Below, one piece after another: positions 35,971 to 45,841 of a DNA stretch of 64,000 nucleotides. Every line of letters starts with the position of its first letter. The first letter of the stretch is position 1. Made by a program: the position numbers and the translations under genes. Source of the stretch: a virus (lineage: Duplodnaviria > Caudoviricetes); IMG/VR virus record IMGVR_UViG_3300047160_001275, positions 1 through 64,000 of that record. One strand, written 5' to 3'. The notes beneath the pieces are model-generated. The model was not told where the DNA came from. It saw only the letters and a list, made by a program, of their open reading frames with translations, and did no database searches.

Positions 35971-38900
35971 CTATCCTCCTGTGGACGGGGCCGAAAGGTC
36001 GATGGTCTTAGGGATCTGAAGATCGGTGGTGGTCACCACATAGGCCGCGCCGAACGGCCCGTTGGTCAGGGGCTTCATCACGAGTTCGTACCACAAGCCA
36101 TGGCCTTGCTGAAGTTGCTTGATCACCGCCTGCTCGACCGCGTTGGCGATTGCACCCCAGTCGGTCTGCGGGACCGAGATGCTCTCCGACGCCGTGCCGC
36201 CGATCGCCGAGACCGGCCCGCTATAGGTCGAATGGGCCGCCGCGACCGCCTGCTTCACCGTGGTGTTGATGATCTCGTTATAGGCGTCGACGTTCAAGCT
36301 ATCGAGGGTCGAAGCGGTTCCGTGCCAGGCGCTGATCAAGATCAGATCGTTGGGCGAAGCCGGAAAGGTCAGCCCGTCGTCGGTGACCTGCTCGACCGGC
36401 GGCGCATAGCCCATCGCCCCTGGCGGCTCCTGAAGCGGCGGCGGGATCGGATCGGAGACATAGCCGCCGCTGACTGGGGGCGCTGGCCACCCCGATGGCG
36501 GCCCATTGCCAGGAGGCGCCCCCCCGGCCGGGATTGCGCCCTGCCCTGCGGGCGGCGTTGGAGCCACAGCGGCTATTGCGCCGTCATAGACCTGATAGTC
36601 GAGCACATAGCCGTCGACCACGTATTCCGGCACGCCCTCGACCGCAGGGCTCGACGGCGAGGACAGCGTCATGGCCGAGGGAACCCCCGGCGCATATTGG
36701 CCGATCGAGCAGCCGAGGGTGACGTTGGCGGAAACGCGGCCGGTATCGCCGTCAGCGATCAGCTTGTAGGCAATCACCTTGCCATAAGCCTGAGCGCCCG
36801 GCAGTCGAGCGTCGGCGATGCCCGCGCTCATCCGGCAGCTAAGCTGCGCCGCCTGCTCGAACCGCGTGTCGAACGAGATCTGCACCGCCCGTGCGCGTTT
36901 GCGCAGATGCGCCCGCGCCCGCATCATCATGTGCTGGAGCGATTGCTGGCCACGGTCGGACGGGAAGTAGGATCGGGCTGGCGTCATCCCAGGCCAGCCG
37001 CCGATCGGCACCGTCACCAGCCCGATGTTCTGCCAAACGACCGTCCCGTCCGTCGTCTGCGAGCCGTAGTTCTCGTTGAAGGTGGTGCGGAACAGGCCCG
37101 TCTGCCCGCTCTTCACGCACACGTACAGGAACATGCCCGACGGATTGATAAAGGTCTGCATCACCGCCTGGGCGCTCGCCGTGCTCGTCCCCGCTAAGCC
37201 GAGAGACGACGGCGTGGTGCCGCTCAAACCGCCGATGAACCCTGCTTGCGTCACTTCGTACATGGCCGCGCCTGGGCCGCCAGCGCCGTCGGTCAAGACC
37301 TCGAACGTGGTCACGGCGGTCCCGCTCGGCGGATAGTTGAGCGAGCCGGGCTTGAGCATCGAGTTCATATCCGCCACCCCGGAGAGCGGCTTCGGCAGCA
37401 CCATCGCGCCCAGCGGCACATTGGCGCTTCTCACCCAGTCCTGCACCTGCTCGACCGGCTGGCTCGCGCCGAGCGAGGTCCAAACGACCGTGCCGTCCGC
37501 CGTGGTCGCGCCAGAGACATTGGAGAACAGAGGCTCGACCAGTCCCGTTGTTCCCGCTGTAGTGCAGATCTGGCTTGAGGTCTGGCCGGGCGCCAGCGGA
37601 TTGTCGGGGAAGACCATGGTCCCCAGGCTGACCGGCTGCCCCGCCACGCTCGACCAGTTGAGCAGATTGGCCACTGGCATCGACAGGTCGCCGGTCTTCA
37701 GCGTGATCTGCTCGGTGTCTTCGGTGACCAGCGGATCGATCAGGATCGGCTGGACGTCGGCCTTGAGGGTGAACTCCAGTTGCTCATTGCGCTTGCGGTT
37801 GGGCTCGTAGACGAGGGAGAGCGTGGCGACCGACTGCTTGCCCAGGAAGTCCAGGGCGTAGGTCCGCCAAGTGACGAAATGGGACTCCTCATGCAGCGGC
37901 TGGTTGGTCGGATCGGGATTTCCGCCCGCATCGACCGTATACGGGTTGATGATGCCGGGGACCGACACCGAATAGGTGACGACCATGTTGCTGTTCGGCG
38001 GCAGCGAAGTGTAGTCGGACACGATCGACATCGTGTCCCCTTGCTCATGGTGTTTGGCGGTGTTGCGCCACTCGTAGTGGACTGTCGGCGCGCCTCCAGC
38101 CATCTGCGCCAGCATCGACGCCGCTATGCTGGGGTCTCGTTCTCCTGCCCACGAGATCGCCGCCGAATAGCCGCCGCCAAGCCCAGACCCGCTCTTCGGC
38201 CAGTCGCCGACAAAGCTGTCGCCGCCGAGCGTCGGATAGGACCATGAGCCGACGTTGAAGAAGCCACGATAGCGTTGCTCCCAGGTCACCTCGGCCTTGA
38301 CGTTGACCGCGACCAGCGGGCTTTGCAGGAGCCGCATCTGGACGCTGTCGTAGAAGACATCCTGGGTATGGAAGGAAACGACCGCGTCCTCGCCCAGCAA
38401 AATGTCGGAGACGCTGACCTGATTTGTGATCCGGTCGACATGATAGAGGGCCGACCAGCCCTCAAGGATGGCGTCGGGATCGTCGCGCTTGGACGGCTCG
38501 AAGAAGATCGGATCATATTCCGGCAGGATCTTCAGCGACTCGGCGACTTGCTGCTTCTGATAGATGTAGTTCGGCGCGCGGGCGATGAACTGCATCTCCA
38601 CCACATTGGCCAGGATCGAGGTCGGGATGCCGACCAAGCGGCCGAAGAACAATGGCTGCGCCGGTCCCGCGTCGCGGGCGTAAGAGAGCCAGAACCAATA
38701 GTTGCGGGACGGATTGATCAGGCCGACACGCGGGTTCTTGACCTGAAGGGTGAGCTTGGGGATTTGCCCTTCGTCGTGCTCGATGGTGAATGAGAAGACG
38801 TTCTCGTCGAACCGCGCGTATGACTGGCTCCAGGCGGTCGCGGTCTGTGGCTCCCATGCGGTGTAGAAGGTGAGCCCGGCGGTCGACCCTGGCGCGATCC

Positions 38901-39480
38901 ACGCCATAACCTTGATGGCGTCTTGCGCCTGCGCCCGCTCGGCCACGGCGACTTTGGTGTGAACGACGACCGAGAGGTGGTCGGACGCATTCGCCGCGTG
39001 TTCCACCACCACAAAGGCTTTGTAGGCGAAGATCGTTGGATGATCGGCCGCATGGGACGCCTCAACGACGGCGACATGGCGAACGATCGCGCTGTTCAAA
39101 TGATCGGCGGCGGATGCGGCGTCGGTCTGGGTGAACGTCCAGCGGGTGGGAGAGGCCGGATGGTCCTGCGCCGTAGCACGCTCTACGACAGACAGAAGGG
39201 CGCGAACGGTGACGCCGACGATATCAGCAGCGGACGCCGACTCATTCAGCGACTGGCGCGGGATATAGACGCCGATGCTGTCGACGGCGGTCGCTCTCTC
39301 GGTGAGGCTGACCGACCAATGGGCGGGGACGTGGGCGTCGAGCGTGTCGACGGCATGCGCCGTCTCGACGATCGCCGATGACGGGATGACGACGGCGTCG
39401 ACGGCATGCGCCGTCTCGACGATCGATACGGAGACGGGCGGAGGCGGGGCGACGCCGAGTCCTGGCAGGAACCCCGTCAT
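35971..39480 (-). CDS. large tail hub/central fibre protein with N-terminal E-x-A-x-A-x-D repeats
   Basis: 1169 aa; ETAHAVD/ERATAVD/ESASAAD-type repeats; two C.TAG..G..EP....TTDGTVVW motifs; follows distal-tail-like gene. Confidence 0.7.
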   Translation of the reverse strand: MTGFLPGLGVAPPPPVSVSIVETAHAVDAVVIPSSAIVETAHAVDTLDAHVPAHWSVSLTERATAVDSIGVYIPRQSLNESASAADIVGVTVRALLSVVERATAQDHPASPTRWTFTQTDAASAADHLNSAIVRHVAVVEASHAADHPTIFAYKAFVVVEHAANASDHLSVVVHTKVAVAERAQAQDAIKVMAWIAPGSTAGLTFYTAWEPQTATAWSQSYARFDENVFSFTIEHDEGQIPKLTLQVKNPRVGLINPSRNYWFWLSYARDAGPAQPLFFGRLVGIPTSILANVVEMQFIARAPNYIYQKQQVAESLKILPEYDPIFFEPSKRDDPDAILEGWSALYHVDRITNQVSVSDILLGEDAVVSFHTQDVFYDSVQMRLLQSPLVAVNVKAEVTWEQRYRGFFNVGSWSYPTLGGDSFVGDWPKSGSGLGGGYSAAISWAGERDPSIAASMLAQMAGGAPTVHYEWRNTAKHHEQGDTMSIVSDYTSLPPNSNMVVTYSVSVPGIINPYTVDAGGNPDPTNQPLHEESHFVTWRTYALDFLGKQSVATLSLVYEPNRKRNEQLEFTLKADVQPILIDPLVTEDTEQITLKTGDLSMPVANLLNWSSVAGQPVSLGTMVFPDNPLAPGQTSSQICTTAGTTGLVEPLFSNVSGATTADGTVVWTSLGASQPVEQVQDWVRSANVPLGAMVLPKPLSGVADMNSMLKPGSLNYPPSGTAVTTFEVLTDGAGGPGAAMYEVTQAGFIGGLSGTTPSSLGLAGTSTASAQAVMQTFINPSGMFLYVCVKSGQTGLFRTTFNENYGSQTTDGTVVWQNIGLVTVPIGGWPGMTPARSYFPSDRGQQSLQHMMMRARAHLRKRARAVQISFDTRFEQAAQLSCRMSAGIADARLPGAQAYGKVIAYKLIADGDTGRVSANVTLGCSIGQYAPGVPSAMTLSSPSSPAVEGVPEYVVDGYVLDYQVYDGAIAAVAPTPPAGQGAIPAGGAPPGNGPPSGWPAPPVSGGYVSDPIPPPLQEPPGAMGYAPPVEQVTDDGLTFPASPNDLILISAWHGTASTLDSLNVDAYNEIINTTVKQAVAAAHSTYSGPVSAIGGTASESISVPQTDWGAIANAVEQAVIKQLQQGHGLWYELVMKPLTNGPFGAAYVVTTTDLQIPKTIDLSAPSTGG
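39346..39425 (-). repeat. 29-bp exact direct repeat (39346-39374, 39397-39425), in frame, encoding IVETAHAVD twice
   Basis: GTCGACGGCATGCGCCGTCTCGACGATCG twice, 51 nt apart. Confidence 0.85.
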
Positions 39481-39484
39481 GGGC

Positions 39485-39970
39485 TTAGATCTCTTCTAAG
39501 CCAAGCTCCCAGCTATACAGCGCGGGATATTCGCTGAACGACGACGTGATCTTGGACACCATCATGGTCAGCACCGGCCGGTAATAGGTGATGGTGCCCT
39601 GAGCGCGCGGCGAACCAGAAACCGCCGACCGCTGCGGGATCGCGCCTTGCGGAAAGGAAAGCTCGCAGGCGCACTCGACCTCGCATTGCTCGCCGAGCCA
39701 CGCCCCGTCGAGGCACGGGCTTTCGCCGTCGCGGCAGGTGACGGTCGAATGGTACTTGCGGAACCGTGGATCGGCGACCGATCGCATCCAGCCATTGACG
39801 TCTCGCCGTAGCCACGCGCTTCCCTGCCCGCCCGCGCCAGAGATCGGCTCCAAGGTCTGGGTGATGCCGCGCGCCGAATAGGGGGTGAGGGTCACCGCCG
39901 TCGAGCCAGACAGCGGGATCAGCACCAGAAGCGTGCCCTGCGGCAGGAGAAGCGGGGTCACGAGTACCAA
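39485..39970 (-). CDS. distal-tail-like protein
   Basis: Position immediately after tape measure; 161 aa. Confidence 0.55.
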   Translation of the reverse strand: MVLVTPLLLPQGTLLVLIPLSGSTAVTLTPYSARGITQTLEPISGAGGQGSAWLRRDVNGWMRSVADPRFRKYHSTVTCRDGESPCLDGAWLGEQCEVECACELSFPQGAIPQRSAVSGSPRAQGTITYYRPVLTMMVSKITSSFSEYPALYSWELGLEEI

Positions 39971-42900
39971 GACGGACGGGTGCCCGTCGACGTGAGCTTG
40001 GCGCCGATGGCGGAATTGGTGATCGCGTCCATCACGCCCTGGCTGGCGGTAACCCCGAACTCGCCGCCGTCGGTGACCAGATTGAGGCTGTAGCTGGGGG
40101 TCGCGCCCATCCGGCCGAGGCTGCTCATGGAGCCGCCATAGAGGTCGGCGGTCGGCACCAGACCTTGAGCGAAGCCCATCTCGGCCTGCATCGCCTGCCG
40201 GGCCGCCATGGTGACGCCAGGCTGACGCATCGCCAGCGCCATCATCGAGCCAGAGAGCGAGATGTCTCGCGCCAAGGCGGGGTTCAGCGCGAGCGCCCCG
40301 GCGATGCTGAGCGGCGGGCCGCCAGCGCCCTCGCCAGCCGCCAGCGAGGTTAGGCCGGTGTATTGCTGCGACACTGCCCCAGGAGCCAACGGAGAAGCTC
40401 CAGAGAAGCCAAAGAACGGGCCGCCTGCGGCGAACCGGCCAGCGTTGAGCGCGTCGAACAGGCCGATCCCGTAGCGCGACACCGCCCCGCCGCCCATCAG
40501 GTATTCGCCGTTGGAGACCAGCGCCGGAACGAGGCCGCCGCCGCCGTAAAACTCGCCCGCCTCATAGCGCCGCGACCAGCCGAAACCCGCCTCGCTGCCT
40601 CCGGTCACCGGATTGAGGGAGCGCAGCCGACGCTCCCAATCTGGCATGGTTGCCTGCGGTCGCTGTGCAAGCGACGCCCAATACTGCCACCATGCCGCCG
40701 CTCGCTGGGCCGCCTCCAGCCTGCGCTTGGCCAGAGTTCCTTTCGGCACGCCGAGACGATTCTCTTCTGCGGCGTCCTCGGTCGCCTGATCCGGCGCGCC
40801 TGCGCCGAAGCCAGAGAACGAGCCGAAAGCTCCCAGCGTCGGCTGATTGGGGAAATTGGGATCGGGGCCGATGACAGGGATCTTATTGATTACAGACACG
40901 CCTGGCATATTGCTGGTGTAGTCGATCACACCGCCGCCCTGGAAGCGGCGGCCGTTGAGCGCATTGAGCAACGGCAACCCGATCCGCGCCGTCTGAGCGG
41001 CGTTGATCACGTACTCGCCCGCCGACAGCATCATCGGGATCGAGTCCGAGGTGCCCGATCCCGGACCGACGATCAAGCCGCCTGCCGCCTGTCCAGCAGG
41101 CCCAGTGCCGTGGGGCTCCTCTGGTGTGACCCCGGTCGCGCCTTCCGGGTTCACCTGCTGCGGGATGGCGCCGCCGAAGCCATGCGGGCCGATGGTTATC
41201 GATTGGTTGATCGTATTCAGAATCCTATCCAGCGCCTCCAGCCCAGTCGCGGCCCGTCCCGCAGCGTCTCCGAGCCGCTTCAGGTCATCGGTGGCGGCGG
41301 GCATGGCCGCTAGGCCAGCCTTCACCTGTAGGATCTGCGACTGGAGATCGGCCATGGCGGCGGCGCGGCCATAGGCGCTGGATGGCTCATAACCTCCCAG
41401 CATGGTCTCCGCATACCGCCGCCGGATCGGCTCCAGTTCTGGGGCGACCTCGGTCATTTCAGGACCGATGGCGCGCAGCTTGCTCAGGAGTTCGACCGGA
41501 GCCATCCCGCCGAGCACGCGCGGGGTCAGGCCGAGCGCCTCGAACATCCTGAGCGCCGCCTGGGTCGACGGGCCGGGAGCCGCCCCTTCCTTTTCCTCTG
41601 GCACGTATTGACGGATGAACTGCGCCAACGCCGAGAACGGTTGGCCCTGAAATTGAGTGTTGGCGATGTCGAAGACGGCGGCGCGCAAGGTTTCAGGCCG
41701 CGCCGTCTGCAAGATGCCAGGGACATCGCCGCCCCGGATCATTTGCTCGACCGGGCCAAGCTGCCGTCCACGCAAGTCTTCGGCCGCCCGCTCCGCTGCC
41801 CGCTCCCCCCTCTCCATCTGTTTGATCAGGTCGCGGGTGGCGTCGATATTCTGCCGCGTCGTGTCGGCATTGCGCTGAAGCTGTTCCGCGAACGCCTGCG
41901 GTCCAGGCCCTCCGGTCGGGCTTAAGCCCCTCCCCTGATACTCGCGCGCCTTCTCTCCTTCTTCGACCGCGCGCTCACGGGCGGCGGTGGCTTCTCGCGA
42001 CTGCAACGCCGCCGATTGAAGGTCCAATTGGTTAAGCTGATATTGCAGGTACTGCGCCATTTCCGGGTTGTCAGCGCCAGCCACCCGCATCTGGGTCTGG
42101 ACTTCGCGGATCTGCGCCCGCTGCTCGGCGATGGCCGCCGACTCTGGCCGGAACTTCTCAAGCTCCTGCGCTTGCAGCCGCTGCTCCTCGGCTGCGTGCT
42201 CGCCCTCGATCGTCGCCTTGGCCTGGGCCTCGGTCGCCGACTCGATCGCGTCCTGAAGGCTGCGCTTGGAATCCGCCACCTTGCGGTCGGCGGCGACGAT
42301 GGCGTCAGTCGCAGCCTCCGTCTCGTCCGCCGCGTCACGCTGGGAGCGGGCGATCTCCTGCATCGAGGCGCGGGACTCGGCAGCGACGCGAGCGTAGGCG
42401 CGCCCCAAGACCTCGACATGCGCGCCATGGCTGGCGAAATTGACCGCCAGCGCCGCCATCTGCTCGGCGGATATACCCGCCGTTTCCGCCATCTCGCGGA
42501 ACCCGCCGACCAGTTCCTTGGCGTTGCGGGCGGCGATCTGCTCGGCCGTCTCGACCGCCGCCAGACCGGCGATGATCGCGGTGATCGGGCTGGCCAGCGC
42601 CGTCAGCGCCCGCGCCATGAACCCGATTGCGCCGCCAGCCTCGGTGGCCGCCGTGGTGATCTTGACGAAGCCTTCGGCGACCTCGGCCAGAGACCCCGCC
42701 TCCACGCCCTCGGAGATGATCTTCAGCGACTCGCCGAACTTCTTCATCCCCTCGCCAGCCTGGGTGGCGCTCTCTCCGGTCTCCTTTAACTTTTCCGGCA
42801 ACCCGCGAAGGAAGCCGAGAATGCCGCTGAAAGCCCCGCCGCCAACGCCGCCTGCCGCACCGCCGCCCCCGCTCACCATGGCTTGCAACGCCTGGGCGAC

Positions 42901-43233
42901 CGCCGCCGTGCCCGCCTGATGCGCGGTGGGCTCGTTCAGCGCTTGCCGGATCGCGGCCATCCCGGCGCGATGGGCGCGTTGCGTGTGCTCGACGAAAGCC
43001 TTGCCGTATGCCTCCCCGTGCCGAGCCCCTTCGCGTTGAAGCGCCTCCCCAATTGGGGACATTCCTTTGACGATGTCGTCAGACTTAATCGCCTTCGAGA
43101 CATCGATCTGACCGAGCGCCTGCTCGACCCCTTGCTTGATCTTCGACCCGGTTTGCGACGCCTTCTGAGCGACGTCCGAGTCGTCGTACTGGACTTTGAT
43201 CGTAAAGACGTCGCTGGTGTCGTCGTCAGCCAT
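39958..43233 (-). CDS. tape measure protein
   Basis: 1091 aa, Ala/Gly/Gln-rich helical; C-terminal GGLI.GPG.GTSDSIP.MLS.GEYVINA motif with a degenerate second copy. Confidence 0.85.
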   Translation of the reverse strand: MADDDTSDVFTIKVQYDDSDVAQKASQTGSKIKQGVEQALGQIDVSKAIKSDDIVKGMSPIGEALQREGARHGEAYGKAFVEHTQRAHRAGMAAIRQALNEPTAHQAGTAAVAQALQAMVSGGGGAAGGVGGGAFSGILGFLRGLPEKLKETGESATQAGEGMKKFGESLKIISEGVEAGSLAEVAEGFVKITTAATEAGGAIGFMARALTALASPITAIIAGLAAVETAEQIAARNAKELVGGFREMAETAGISAEQMAALAVNFASHGAHVEVLGRAYARVAAESRASMQEIARSQRDAADETEAATDAIVAADRKVADSKRSLQDAIESATEAQAKATIEGEHAAEEQRLQAQELEKFRPESAAIAEQRAQIREVQTQMRVAGADNPEMAQYLQYQLNQLDLQSAALQSREATAARERAVEEGEKAREYQGRGLSPTGGPGPQAFAEQLQRNADTTRQNIDATRDLIKQMERGERAAERAAEDLRGRQLGPVEQMIRGGDVPGILQTARPETLRAAVFDIANTQFQGQPFSALAQFIRQYVPEEKEGAAPGPSTQAALRMFEALGLTPRVLGGMAPVELLSKLRAIGPEMTEVAPELEPIRRRYAETMLGGYEPSSAYGRAAAMADLQSQILQVKAGLAAMPAATDDLKRLGDAAGRAATGLEALDRILNTINQSITIGPHGFGGAIPQQVNPEGATGVTPEEPHGTGPAGQAAGGLIVGPGSGTSDSIPMMLSAGEYVINAAQTARIGLPLLNALNGRRFQGGGVIDYTSNMPGVSVINKIPVIGPDPNFPNQPTLGAFGSFSGFGAGAPDQATEDAAEENRLGVPKGTLAKRRLEAAQRAAAWWQYWASLAQRPQATMPDWERRLRSLNPVTGGSEAGFGWSRRYEAGEFYGGGGLVPALVSNGEYLMGGGAVSRYGIGLFDALNAGRFAAGGPFFGFSGASPLAPGAVSQQYTGLTSLAAGEGAGGPPLSIAGALALNPALARDISLSGSMMALAMRQPGVTMAARQAMQAEMGFAQGLVPTADLYGGSMSSLGRMGATPSYSLNLVTDGGEFGVTASQGVMDAITNSAIGAKLTSTGTRPSWYS

Positions 43234-43846
43234 TGCGGGTGGCTTTCATCTTCGCCTTGAACAGGAGCGGCAGCTTCTTGGCCGCCGCCAGCGAGATCGG
43301 GCGCAGGTGGAATTTTTGCGGGATGGTCACCGACTCCTTGCCGAAATATTTCGGCTGCTTGTCTTCGGCGCTCAGCAAGAGCGGCGCGAGATAGCCGCCA
43401 GCGAACCGGCCTGTCGTCGGATTGCGCTTCTGCCCGCGCCAGCCAGCGCCGCTCTGACGGGTGCGATCGACCCTAAACAACCGGCCGGGATAGTCGCGCG
43501 CCCAGATTCCCTGGGCGTCCTGGGCGAACGGCAGCGGTATCCACAAGAGCGGCTTGCCTCGGATGACCGCCCCGTACTCGAACACGGTCCAGTAGGGCAC
43601 GTCCTCAATCACGTCGATCTTGACCTGCCCGCCGCCCTCGGAGATGTCGGCGTGAAAGCCGTCGATCCAGCGCGAGCCGAACCTGCCCGCCCGCTCGATA
43701 TCGGCGCGGCCCTCGGTCTCGATCTCGGTCGCCACATCCTTGGCCGAGGCGCGCAGGGCGTCACGGCCGCGCTTGCCCCATCGGTTCGAGGCGCGCTTGA
43801 ACACCTCGGTGATCTGGTTGTCGTCGACGTAGATGCGGACCTTCAT
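43226..43846 (-). CDS. HK97 gp10-like neck/tail-completion protein
   Basis: Basic N-terminus, Y..VFEYGAVI....LLWIPLP motif. Confidence 0.55.
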   Translation of the reverse strand: MKVRIYVDDNQITEVFKRASNRWGKRGRDALRASAKDVATEIETEGRADIERAGRFGSRWIDGFHADISEGGGQVKIDVIEDVPYWTVFEYGAVIRGKPLLWIPLPFAQDAQGIWARDYPGRLFRVDRTRQSGAGWRGQKRNPTTGRFAGGYLAPLLLSAEDKQPKYFGKESVTIPQKFHLRPISLAAAKKLPLLFKAKMKATRNG

Positions 43847-44121
43847 GTCTGCCGCTCGATCTCGTTGAGCCGCTCCTTGACCGACTCGGCGGCGCCCCGC
43901 GCGCCCAAAGCCGCCGTGTGGATGGCGAACGCCTGATCGAGCAGCCTGCGCCGGTCGGCGAAGAACATGGTCGCCGCTAGCTGGCGGGGGGTGAGTTCCC
44001 AGACTCGGTCGTCGAGGGGTGCGCCGCAGGCGGCGGCGGCGTAGGCGATCTCGTACCCTGGCCCCTTGAAGGAGCGACGGTGAGATGCTCCATCAGCGCC
44101 CCCAGGCGCGTGACGAAAGGG
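43843..44121 (-). CDS. tail chaperone T extension via putative -1 frameshift at C-CCT-TTC (44115-44121)
   Basis: XXXYYYZ heptamer CCCTTTC in G frame; -1 frame open to 43843 (YEIAYAAAACG...WELTPRQL...). Confidence 0.6.
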   Translation of the reverse strand, partial: PFRHAPGGADGASHRRSFKGPGYEIAYAAAACGAPLDDRVWELTPRQLAATMFFADRRRLLDQAFAIHTAALGARGAAESVKERLNEIERQT

Positions 44122-44462
44122 CCGAAGCCTCTGGAGAAGGTGAGCTTGAGCGACTCCGTGATCACGTAGCTCTGATCCTCGGCGGTGAGGTTCTCCTCGG
44201 CCGACTTCTCCGCTTCGGAATCGTTGTGGTTGCCGCAGGCAGAGGCGATCCACGCCGCGATCGCGCCCGGCGTCGCCTTGAGCGCGTCGGCTGGCGACAG
44301 GTTGCCGCCGATGGACATGGTGGCGAGCGGCGGGAACCGCTCCAGATGATCGCAGATCTCGCGCGCCGACAGTCCCTGAACCCTGAGTCCTTGCTCGCCG
44401 CCGTCGATCGGCACCAGCGCGGACTTGCGCCGCAGGTCAGAGAGGCTGATCGGCTCGGTCAC
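43977..44462 (-). CDS. tail assembly chaperone (G)
   Basis: GTG at 44462 overlapping tail tube stop; lies between tail tube and TMP. Confidence 0.7.
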   Translation of the reverse strand: MTEPISLSDLRRKSALVPIDGGEQGLRVQGLSAREICDHLERFPPLATMSIGGNLSPADALKATPGAIAAWIASACGNHNDSEAEKSAEENLTAEDQSYVITESLKLTFSRGFGPFVTRLGALMEHLTVAPSRGQGTRSPTPPPPAAHPSTTESGNSPPAS

Positions 44463-45067
44463 GGGTGGGCGTTGGGCGAGTAGAGCCAGCCGAATTGGCC
44501 GCTCGTCTGATCGAACAAGACGTCGCCCTCCATGTCGATCGCCGACCATGTCCCGGTGCCCTCCGAGATCATCTGGAAGGCGGCGGCTGGCGACAGCAGC
44601 ACCAATGGAAACACCGCGTTCCATTGCGGCCCGACGCTCGACGTGTCGGTGAAATTGAGCGAGGCGTAGTATTGTGGGTTGGTCATCAGGTCGACCGAGC
44701 CGGTCGCCGACTCCAGCGGGAAGCCCAGGCAGTACATCGCCATATTCCTGACCGTGGCCTCTTCAAGGCTCATGGTCAGTTTTGCATCCAATTGCGTCAC
44801 CACCGTCAGATCTTTCTTGCGAATGCCGACGCGCGACGAGTAGTGGTCGAGGCGGGTGACGTTATTAATGAACGTGAACCGCGTGCAGTTGCCCATGTCT
44901 TGATAGGTCGACTCGCCTTGCAGCCTCATCGACAGATAACCTCTGCCGACCCTGTAGTTGCCGACATTGGGCGAGGAGCCGGTCGGCAGGTTCATAGGCA
45001 TCACGCCGGGGCCGCGCGGAGTTCCGCCTTGGTCGATACCGGCGACATTGATTGCAGGCGCAGCCAT
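44459..45067 (-). CDS. major tail tube protein
   Basis: GRGYL...DMGNC..F...L.HYSSR.G.R.KD..VV...LEE...NMA pattern of siphovirus tail tubes. Confidence 0.75.
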   Translation of the reverse strand: MAAPAINVAGIDQGGTPRGPGVMPMNLPTGSSPNVGNYRVGRGYLSMRLQGESTYQDMGNCTRFTFINNVTRLDHYSSRVGIRKKDLTVVTQLDAKLTMSLEEATVRNMAMYCLGFPLESATGSVDLMTNPQYYASLNFTDTSSVGPQWNAVFPLVLLSPAAAFQMISEGTGTWSAIDMEGDVLFDQTSGQFGWLYSPNAHP

Positions 45068-45141
45068 GGGTCATTGCTCCTTCGGGAGGGCGCGCGGGAG
45101 CGTCCCGCCACGCGGGGTGAGAGGGGTTCAGGGTGGGAGGA

Positions 45142-45669
45142 TCAGCGGCCGGTCAGAACTTGCGGCGGCTGCCAGATATAGTGGAAATCAATGAATAGCT
45201 GGAGTTCGCCGCGCAGCAGGCGGCCGGTCGCCATGTCGGTCTGGCTGCCCCGGTAGACGATCTGGCCCGACGTAGTCAGCATCGACACCAAGGTTGGGTC
45301 ATTGACTAGATGCGCCAGCACCACGTCGCGCCAGCCGCTGAGTTCCGGCCCGATCGGGTCGTCCTGGCCGTCGAGGGTCAGGTTGGTGGCGTCGTCGCGC
45401 TCCCGGCAGATGACGAAGATCTGCGGCTGGAGGCGGAAGATCGCGGGCGTCATCTGCACGCTCTTGAGCGGCGGGATATTGGAGACGATGTCCTCGCGCC
45501 CGTCCAAGACCACGATCGCGGGCAATTTCTCGTCGCCCATCAATCCTCGGTCGCGATAGACGCCCATGACCCCGGAGATCGAGCCCAGGACGGCGACGAT
45601 CTGCGCCAGGATCTGCTCGCGGGTGGCGATGGCCTGGGCGGCGAGAACGTTCATGGCATTGTCGAACAA
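45142..45669 (-). CDS. tail terminator-like protein
   Basis: REQILAQI...L..I.G...VYR...LPAIVV pattern; directly upstream of tail tube. Confidence 0.6.
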   Translation of the reverse strand: MFDNAMNVLAAQAIATREQILAQIVAVLGSISGVMGVYRDRGLMGDEKLPAIVVLDGREDIVSNIPPLKSVQMTPAIFRLQPQIFVICRERDDATNLTLDGQDDPIGPELSGWRDVVLAHLVNDPTLVSMLTTSGQIVYRGSQTDMATGRLLRGELQLFIDFHYIWQPPQVLTGR

Positions 45670-45841
45670 TGACCGAGCGCACGCCCATCCGAGATGAGAC
45701 TGGACTCCAGTTCGAACGGTGGACGGTCCTCAGATTCTCGCACAAGAATCATCGGCTTCAGCCTTACTGGTTACGTGATTATTGCTTTTAGACATCGGAA
45801 GCAACATTCGCAGGCGACCGCTCTGAAAAATCTGCGCTGAT

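Noticed and set aside
35362-37197. Long plus-strand ORF (611 aa) and similar antisense ORFs such as 57660-59297, 49530-50111, 31172-32164, 8614-9663
   Set aside because: Shadow frames of GC-rich genes on the opposite strand; Arg/Gly/Ala-rich, no motifs
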